Virus record (IMG/VR): IMGVR_UViG_3300025120_014916
Coordinates: 32,001 to 96,000 of that record
DNA from: a virus
Length of the DNA: 64,000 nt
Direction: 5' to 3' (one strand)
In this document: piece by piece, positions 18,005-24,351 of the stretch
Numbering within the stretch: position 1 is the first letter of the stretch
Layout: every line of letters begins with the position of its first letter
Program-made: the position numbers and the translations under genes
Notes under the pieces: generated by a model
What the model was told of the DNA's origin: nothing
The model's input: the letters and a program-made list of their open reading frames with translations, nothing else
Databases searched by the model: none

Positions 18005-19264
18005 TTAACTCATCTTCACAATAGAATCTCTTTTTTCTTTTGTGAAGTGAAGTTCGTATCCTGGTAATAATACCCAGCATCTTTTAGAAATACAAGTTTT
18101 TGGTTTAGGGGCACAACCATCTGTCATTACAATGCAACCGTCAAACTCAGATGATCTAGATCGAAAGTGATCTTCAACGCAATTAAAACATGTACCACCT
18201 GTTAATGTTCTCATAGGATTTCTATATTTCTGACCTTTTCTCCATGCGTACTCTGAGCCTTTATCAACTGTTGTATCAAAATGAAAGACCTTAAATGATA
18301 CGTTTTTTGCTAGTCCTTCTAAGGCTGAAAAAAACATTGCAATGCCATCATCGCCAACAGATCCGGATTGATCTATGTATATCGCAAGACTGGACGTCCT
18401 TCTTACTCTTGTCCCAGGATGAATATAAGGATATTTTCTATTTATTTTTCTAAAAGTTCTAGATTTTTTTGACTTTTGTTTAGTTCCACAAAAGTACTGG
18501 AGCGTTTTTTTCCAATCAATAACGGTGTCAAACATTAACGATATATCATCTTTTACCAATGTTGAACATGATCCCCAGCCATTCGATCTTGTATTTGCTT
18601 TATTTGCTGATCTCTTTATAATATCTTTAAGTTTTCCTTTCATAATTTCAATATCAGAATCTGTTAATGATCCGTCACCATCTAGATGCACATCAAAACC
18701 TGATGATGTTCCATCACCATATGCTTCTTGAAAAGCGCTTGAGACTTCTTTGTCTTCCTTAAGCTTTTCCATGTACCACTCTGAAGCCTTGCACTTTGGA
18801 AGATCAGCTAAAAACTTAGACATTTTTTTATTTCTTTTAATTATTTCTTCGGGCAAGTCTGACACACTTTTTTCGCTTAACGGTTTTCCCGGAATCAAAC
18901 CACCATCTGGTAGATAGTTTTCTGAAATAAGTGAATTAATTGCGAGATCTGTTGCTATATTCCAAAGTGTGTGTGGATCTTGCTTTCTAGCTACTACGTG
19001 TTGGTATATCAAGTGGTAACATTCATGTTTCATAAGTCCATAAAATTTAAGCTTGGGTAAGCTCGAAACAAAGTCAGGATTCCAATAAAGTGCAAAAGAG
19101 TTGTCTTTTACTGTAACACCCGCAGTCGGAATGTCATACGTCTTTATTTTCTTTAAATTCATAACTATTGATGCAAAAAATGGTTCTTCAAGTAAAAAAT
19201 CAACCATTAATTTATCAAATTTTCTGTCTGTTATCGTATGACCGTTAAATTCTTTAATTTCCAT
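18005..19264 (-). CDS. Putative metallopeptidase plus VWA-domain protein (DUF2201-like)
   Basis: HECYH (HExxH), NIATDLAINS, MIDAS DQSGS, GGT and MTDG motifs; adjacent to a MoxR ATPase. Confidence 0.85.
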   Translation of the reverse strand: MEIKEFNGHTITDRKFDKLMVDFLLEEPFFASIVMNLKKIKTYDIPTAGVTVKDNSFALYWNPDFVSSLPKLKFYGLMKHECYHLIYQHVVARKQDPHTLWNIATDLAINSLISENYLPDGGLIPGKPLSEKSVSDLPEEIIKRNKKMSKFLADLPKCKASEWYMEKLKEDKEVSSAFQEAYGDGTSSGFDVHLDGDGSLTDSDIEIMKGKLKDIIKRSANKANTRSNGWGSCSTLVKDDISLMFDTVIDWKKTLQYFCGTKQKSKKSRTFRKINRKYPYIHPGTRVRRTSSLAIYIDQSGSVGDDGIAMFFSALEGLAKNVSFKVFHFDTTVDKGSEYAWRKGQKYRNPMRTLTGGTCFNCVEDHFRSRSSEFDGCIVMTDGCAPKPKTCISKRCWVLLPGYELHFTKEKRDSIVKMS

Positions 19265-19290
19265 TATTTCTCCTTTATGTTTATAATACT

Positions 19291-19319
19291 ATTATAACGT
19301 ATTATGCATACCGTTACAT
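19291..19319 (-). promoter_or_regulatory. Sigma70-like promoter ATGTAA-N17-TATAAT
   Basis: Exact 17-nt spacer; upstream of the VWA gene. Confidence 0.6.
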
Positions 19320-19364
19320 GCGTTAACAATTACTGCATATGCATAATACATGCTTATAAAACTA

Positions 19365-20432
19365 TTATTTCATTTCCGGACTGGCTTTGACTATTTTTGT
19401 TACTAGCGTTCCAAAATGTCTATGAAAATTCTTTATCAAATTAAGAATTTTTGTTTCCATAATCAAGTTAAAGAAATTGACAATCATTTCATCCGGACAT
19501 GCTTTAACATAATCTGAAATATTTTTAACTTGCTTAAGTGTAATGGTTTCGTGATTGGCATCAAGATATAACATGATTTTTTCAATTAAATCATTTTTCT
19601 TATCTTCGTTTAACATTGTCATTATGTCGTCTTTTACTTCACCATAACGATCTGCTACATCTTCAGCGCTAAAGCTTCTTGTATAGTCTTGCAAAAATCC
19701 AATAAACTTAGTTGTTGCAGAACTTCCAATAAATCCTAAACTTAGAGGAAATAAAAGTGCCGGCATTGATTTGTTTCCAGCATAATGATTAGGATTTAAA
19801 TTAGCGTGAATGAGTGTTTCACATAATCTATGCCATGACGCAGGATTTGGATATACTTTCCCCGGTTCCATTTCACCAGTATGACGCAAAAAATTTGAAT
19901 GCGTTTTTATAAATTCTTGCACAACAGAAGGAATATCGTCTCTGCTATACGCCCAGTCTAACCAGTCGTCTACAGTAGGCTCTAAGTCTATAGTCCAAAA
20001 TCTACGCAATAGTGCTGGATCCATATCTAGAACTTGGTATTCACTGCCTTCGTTAACTGCTGCATAAACACGTGTCTCTGGGTGCAATTTATGGCCGTTA
20101 AGCTCTCTATCTAAAACGATCTGGAATGCGCATTGTTGTACTTCCAAAGTTGCTCTGTTAAGCTCATCAAAAAATAGTACAACAGGCTCTTTACATGCCC
20201 TTACATACCAGTTTACCGGTGCAAAGCGCGTAACGCCATCAACCAATTCCGGAAGGCCTATAATATCACCTTCAGTCATTTGTGCTAGACGTCTATCGAT
20301 AACCGGCATATTAAGCGCTTTACCGACACTATGAACAATGTGTGATTTTCCAATACCTGTTGGGCCTTTTGCCAAAATAGAAATATGTGCAGGTAGGTTT
20401 GATGCTGACTTGATGAATGTTTTGATATCCAT
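19365..20432 (-). CDS. MoxR-like AAA+ ATPase
   Basis: Walker A GPTGIGKS, Walker B LFFDELNR, DPALLRRF and PNPASW motifs. Confidence 0.92.
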   Translation of the reverse strand: MDIKTFIKSASNLPAHISILAKGPTGIGKSHIVHSVGKALNMPVIDRRLAQMTEGDIIGLPELVDGVTRFAPVNWYVRACKEPVVLFFDELNRATLEVQQCAFQIVLDRELNGHKLHPETRVYAAVNEGSEYQVLDMDPALLRRFWTIDLEPTVDDWLDWAYSRDDIPSVVQEFIKTHSNFLRHTGEMEPGKVYPNPASWHRLCETLIHANLNPNHYAGNKSMPALLFPLSLGFIGSSATTKFIGFLQDYTRSFSAEDVADRYGEVKDDIMTMLNEDKKNDLIEKIMLYLDANHETITLKQVKNISDYVKACPDEMIVNFFNLIMETKILNLIKNFHRHFGTLVTKIVKASPEMK

Positions 20433-20468
20433 GTTTTTCTCCTTGATTGTTATTTTGTTTGCTTTATT

Positions 20469-20497
20469 ATTATATTTGGTTTTTGTTTTGATTGCAC
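20469..20497 (-). promoter_or_regulatory. Sigma70-like promoter GTGCAA-N17-TATAAT
   Basis: Exact 17-nt spacer; upstream of the AAA gene. Confidence 0.6.
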
Positions 20498-20502
20498 GAT
20501 TT

Positions 20503-20931
20503 TCATCTAACGGGTTTTAATGTTTTTGGGTAATACCAGTTATTACCGGAGGAAGTAACAACATATACTTGACCCGAATAGCTATCTAGATTTTTTTTCA
20601 TATCATGAGCGTGATTTTGATTTAATTCTATGTTTACTGCATTGTTGTTAACTATAATACCGATTTCACCATTTGGTAAGTATACTAACTCACCTTCTAA
20701 ATAGTTCCAGCTTACTTTAGGCTTAGGCTTGTTAATTTCTTTCTTGCGATCATATATTTCAGACCGGTCCTTCCTGGTAAAGCCTAACTTGTCTTTTTTC
20801 TCTTTAGACTCAATAACTTTTTCTTCATACATGTCAGGATTTTTGTCTTTCAGCGCTTCAAGTTCTAGTTGCCTTTTTTCTTTAGCTTGCTCTCTGGCTT
20901 TTTTTATTTGGGATCTAGATAATTTTGCCAT
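20503..20931 (-). CDS. Hypothetical protein (charged N-terminus, small beta-barrel-like C-terminus)
   Basis: 142 aa; C-terminal GELVYLPNGEIGIIV...VYVVT pattern is reminiscent of SH3/KOW folds. Confidence 0.7.
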   Translation of the reverse strand: MAKLSRSQIKKAREQAKEKRQLELEALKDKNPDMYEEKVIESKEKKDKLGFTRKDRSEIYDRKKEINKPKPKVSWNYLEGELVYLPNGEIGIIVNNNAVNIELNQNHAHDMKKNLDSYSGQVYVVTSSGNNWYYPKTLKPVR

Positions 20932-20963
20932 GGCTGTACCTTTTGTTTAATTGTTATGTTTAT

Positions 20964-20992
20964 ATTATATACCAATTATAAGGTGATTGCAT
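20964..20992 (-). promoter_or_regulatory. Sigma70-like promoter ATGCAA-N17-TATAAT
   Basis: Exact 17-nt spacer; upstream of the 142-aa gene. Confidence 0.6.
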
Positions 20993-21008
20993 GAAAATTA
21001 CAAGTATA

Positions 21009-22274
21009 CTATCTTAAAGCATCAAAGTACAAGTTTAATTTATCTATATAGTTATGACCTATTATTTTATTGACCCTTTCAAAGTTATAATTCATGTCTT
21101 TGCAAAGAATTGTTCTGCCAATCCTTCCATTACCATCAGAAAATGGATGTATATGCTCAAAATATGCGTGTCTCATGAATGGGTTTGAAGAATCTAGCGC
21201 GCAAAAATATTGTAGTTCATTGTAAATTTTATTAGTATCTATATATTTGTGACCGGTCGGGGAATTATGTTCAAAGTTTCGAAATTCCCCAGGTTTACCT
21301 CTTGTAAGACACTCAGGAAACATCTGGTTGTGCAAAGCAACAATATTAAAAGGGCTTTCAATATCATTAAACTTATATGAATATACTAGTGGTGCTATTA
21401 AAGTTTTTAAAAAAACACTATCAGTAACATATTCGAGAGGATACCCGCTATAAACTTTTGATGCCGCATTAATGCATTCTTGATATGGTACATTAAAGTT
21501 TTCTTTTTGATTAGACTTGTGAAGAAATGTGGCTAATGCAGTAATTGAATTATCTAGATTGTTTGACTTTTTTATCAAGAAGTTTGCAAAGCTTTTGTGA
21601 TCAGCTTTTTTTAACTTTTCAAAATTATAATTTTTATCTTGTGTTCCTGCAATAAATATTGCAGATAACATTTGGCCTATTATTTTGCCTGATGATATAT
21701 CAGTCGGGTAGTGTTTTCCGTTTTCTATTCTTGACTGGCCAATTAACTCTGCCAACATTTCCAAATCAGGCATCAATTCAGGATAAGAATCTCCAAGAAT
21801 GCCAGCTATAAAATAAGCTATACATGTATGTCCGGACGGAAAAGAAGGCGAAGATGATTCCTTAATTGACTCATAAATACTTCCCTCATCAACCAGGTAT
21901 GTTTTTGGTCGGGGCCGCTTGTGGGTGTACTTAAGTCTAAGAATGATTGTGTCTACATCTTTTAGAATATTTTTTATTTTTTTCCAATCAGGATTTAAAC
22001 TCATTTCTTCACAAAATACATTAAAACAATCTTCAACGGAACTGTCAGAAAGATTTAAAAAGCCGTCATCAAGACTAGGATTACTATAATAAAACTTTAC
22101 TGCGTCTAGATCTCTTTGATGCTCTATAGAGAAAACATCGGGACATGTTAATCGAGGTAGATTTTTTTCACTGTCTATAATAAACTTGCAATCTCTAGCA
22201 ATTCTTTTCTTAAATTTCTTAGGTACAACATTGTCGTCCTTAGTAAGATCAAATAGAGATTGTATCGAATTCAT
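21009..22274 (-). CDS. PAP2-family phosphatase - Fic (AMP-transferase) fusion protein
   Basis: PAP2 motifs KYTHKRPRP (Kx6RP), PSGH and SRIENGKHYPTD (SRx5Hx3D); Fic inhibitory motif SNQKEN; Fic active site HPFSDGNGRIGR. Confidence 0.88.
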   Translation of the reverse strand: MNSIQSLFDLTKDDNVVPKKFKKRIARDCKFIIDSEKNLPRLTCPDVFSIEHQRDLDAVKFYYSNPSLDDGFLNLSDSSVEDCFNVFCEEMSLNPDWKKIKNILKDVDTIILRLKYTHKRPRPKTYLVDEGSIYESIKESSSPSFPSGHTCIAYFIAGILGDSYPELMPDLEMLAELIGQSRIENGKHYPTDISSGKIIGQMLSAIFIAGTQDKNYNFEKLKKADHKSFANFLIKKSNNLDNSITALATFLHKSNQKENFNVPYQECINAASKVYSGYPLEYVTDSVFLKTLIAPLVYSYKFNDIESPFNIVALHNQMFPECLTRGKPGEFRNFEHNSPTGHKYIDTNKIYNELQYFCALDSSNPFMRHAYFEHIHPFSDGNGRIGRTILCKDMNYNFERVNKIIGHNYIDKLNLYFDALR

Positions 22275-22813
22275 TACAGATCGCCTTCAAATTTATCGTA
22301 GTCAAGCGAGTGATACACTTCTGATATATCATCAGATATTTGTGCTATTTTAGTTCTTTGCCAATCATCTAGCTCGTAACCATCAGGAATCATTCCTAAA
22401 AGCTTTTGTGCGTATTTTGCAACTTTATAAAGTGAAGGCTTTGCCATGTAATTGTTGGATTTAATTTCGTGACTGTTAGCGTCGTTAAAACTAATCTGTG
22501 TTGATTTTGCGCCTACATCAAACAAATCATACATTGCATCTATAGAATTGTCTGTGCTATTATTAGAAGATCCTCCGCAACCGCAGTCACCCTCAGTCAA
22601 ACTAGATATTTCATACATGCTACCGCATTGTTCGCAAACTGATTCACCTTCATACATTGCTGACCCACACTCTGTACATGATCTTTTATTCTGCATGCTT
22701 CTATACAAATCTTGTCGACCCGGGTCATCAAAGCCTGATTGTAATGCGTCTTCTTTGATTTTATTTATTTCTTGAATTATAAGCTTTCTAATTATGCTTC
22801 TTTTTAGCTTCAT
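22274..22813 (-). CDS. Hypothetical protein, candidate head-internal protein
   Basis: 179 aa; N-terminal KLKRSIIRKLIIQE motif, CTEC/CEQC/CGC motifs, helical C-terminus; TAATG-coupled to PAP2-Fic. Confidence 0.75.
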   Translation of the reverse strand: MKLKRSIIRKLIIQEINKIKEDALQSGFDDPGRQDLYRSMQNKRSCTECGSAMYEGESVCEQCGSMYEISSLTEGDCGCGGSSNNSTDNSIDAMYDLFDVGAKSTQISFNDANSHEIKSNNYMAKPSLYKVAKYAQKLLGMIPDGYELDDWQRTKIAQISDDISEVYHSLDYDKFEGDL

Positions 22814-22823
22814 GGTATATCCT

Positions 22824-23789
22824 TTAAAACATTGAGCCTGAATTGATGTTCGATATTAAATATCTTACAGACTGAGCAAAATCAAAAGGTTTTGCATTGT
22901 TTATGTAGTATTGTACTTCATCTTTTTTCATGTCACCAAAATCTTTATTTTTGTGAAGTGAGATTCTAGCTGGTACACAATAACTATTAAGTAGCTTAAC
23001 TATATTTAATGATTTTTTTCTGGCATCCGGGTCTAGACAAACAACAACTGGCGTTTTGTTTTTTACAATTTCTTTAAAAAGCAGGTAGTCTTCACCAAGC
23101 CAACTGCCTAAAATGCAAGTGGCATTGTCAGGAGCATTCATTAAATCAAATACGCCCTCTACAAGAATCAATTCTTTTTTAAAGTCTAAATTAAATTGTC
23201 TAAATATCACTTCTTTTCTGGAAACTGTACAGTTTTTGTATCTTCTTGGATTTTTTCTATTTATAGATCGCGAAACAAAATAATTTAAATTGCCGATAGC
23301 ATCATGCGAAGGAAAGATAACTCTGTCTTTAAACTCATAGCTGTTACTAACGCCTATGCAGAATTTATGTAAATGATCGTTACTCATTCCGCGTTCTTTT
23401 AAATAGTTGATATGATATCGATATCTTTGCATGCCGCGAGAACTTAAGTTTGTCAATAGTGTAAAGTCATCAGGAAGTTCAACCTTTTTTTCTTCTTCCT
23501 CTTCTATTTCTTTTTTAAACCCGCCATACGAATCTGACAGTTTTTTCGCGGTATCTTTGTTTTTTGCAAATTTAAATGCGGGCCGGCCAATATTTCTACC
23601 TTTTGACTCGCAAACCCAGCAGTGATACACACCGCTTTCTAATCGTATTGATAATTTCTTCTTTGAAGATATTTTTCCTTTTTCTTTACAGAAAGGACAT
23701 GCGATAGACACGTTTTTTTCGTCCCCAGATAGGGAATATTTACCAAAGCATGCTTCAATTAAATTTAATTTTTGAGATAATGTAATCAT
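22824..23789 (-). CDS. DNA primase (Zn-finger plus TOPRIM)
   Basis: CPFC...CWVC zinc-binding domain, RVIFP, LVEGVFD, DPDA and DFGDM TOPRIM motifs. Confidence 0.9.
   Translation of the reverse strand: MITLSQKLNLIEACFGKYSLSGDEKNVSIACPFCKEKGKISSKKKLSIRLESGVYHCWVCESKGRNIGRPAFKFAKNKDTAKKLSDSYGGFKKEIEEEEEKKVELPDDFTLLTNLSSRGMQRYRYHINYLKERGMSNDHLHKFCIGVSNSYEFKDRVIFPSHDAIGNLNYFVSRSINRKNPRRYKNCTVSRKEVIFRQFNLDFKKELILVEGVFDLMNAPDNATCILGSWLGEDYLLFKEIVKNKTPVVVCLDPDARKKSLNIVKLLNSYCVPARISLHKNKDFGDMKKDEVQYYINNAKPFDFAQSVRYLISNINSGSMF
22855..22863 (-). promoter_or_regulatory. Putative late promoter, variant ATATTTAAT
   Basis: Inside the primase 3' end, 42 nt upstream of ATG 22813. Confidence 0.4.
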
Positions 23790-23795
23790 GTGTAT

Positions 23796-23824
23796 ATTAT
23801 ATCAAAACATTAATCTTTTTTCAA
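23796..23824 (-). promoter_or_regulatory. Sigma70 promoter TTGAAA-N17-TATAAT, probably giving a leaderless primase mRNA
   Basis: The -10 box ends 6 nt before the primase ATG; no SD in between. Confidence 0.6.
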
Positions 23825-24351
23825 ATTTTATTATACGCTCTTCCAATAACATATGCATCTGCCATATCATAACAAGCAGACAGCTCTCTAGTCTTGCCTT
23901 TGCTTGGGCCACTTTTCATAATCTTTGTTGGCCATTTTACATTTTCTTGTAACTTTACCCAATCTAAAACCTGTTCTTTGGTTGAAGCATCAGATTTTCT
24001 ATTAATTTTTAAACCTACAGACTTTCTAGCAGAATTAACATTAATTGATTCTATTTCAACATTAAGCATCTCATGGCATATCCACCTAACAGTTCCGTTA
24101 AACTGGGCTAATGTCATTAAAGTTTTTGCTGAGCTTAGTCCTGGCCTAAATGCTTGCAAGTTCTCTTCAATTCCAATTTTTGTAATATTATACTTTTTAT
24201 TTATCTTAGATATCTCAGATTTGATGTGAGCAGCTTTTTTGTAAAAGTCCTTATGTTTACTTAGTTCTATATAACCGATGTCTCTAAGTTCATCCTGGTC
24301 AAACACACAGTATCCTGTGCAACTAGTTGATACGTCTAGTGATAATAACAT
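23821..24351 (-). CDS. RuvC-like Holliday junction resolvase
   Basis: LSLDVSTSCTGY, IGIEE and DMADAYVIG RNase H-fold acidic motifs. Confidence 0.82.
   Translation of the reverse strand: MLLSLDVSTSCTGYCVFDQDELRDIGYIELSKHKDFYKKAAHIKSEISKINKKYNITKIGIEENLQAFRPGLSSAKTLMTLAQFNGTVRWICHEMLNVEIESINVNSARKSVGLKINRKSDASTKEQVLDWVKLQENVKWPTKIMKSGPSKGKTRELSACYDMADAYVIGRAYNKI

Noticed and set aside
3712-23789. Inteins or group I introns in MCP, portal, terminase, Mre11-Rad50 or primase
   Set aside because: No Cys/Ser...His-Asn splice junctions, LAGLIDADG or HNH motifs, or interrupted frames were seen. The MCP insertion lacks intein hallmarks.
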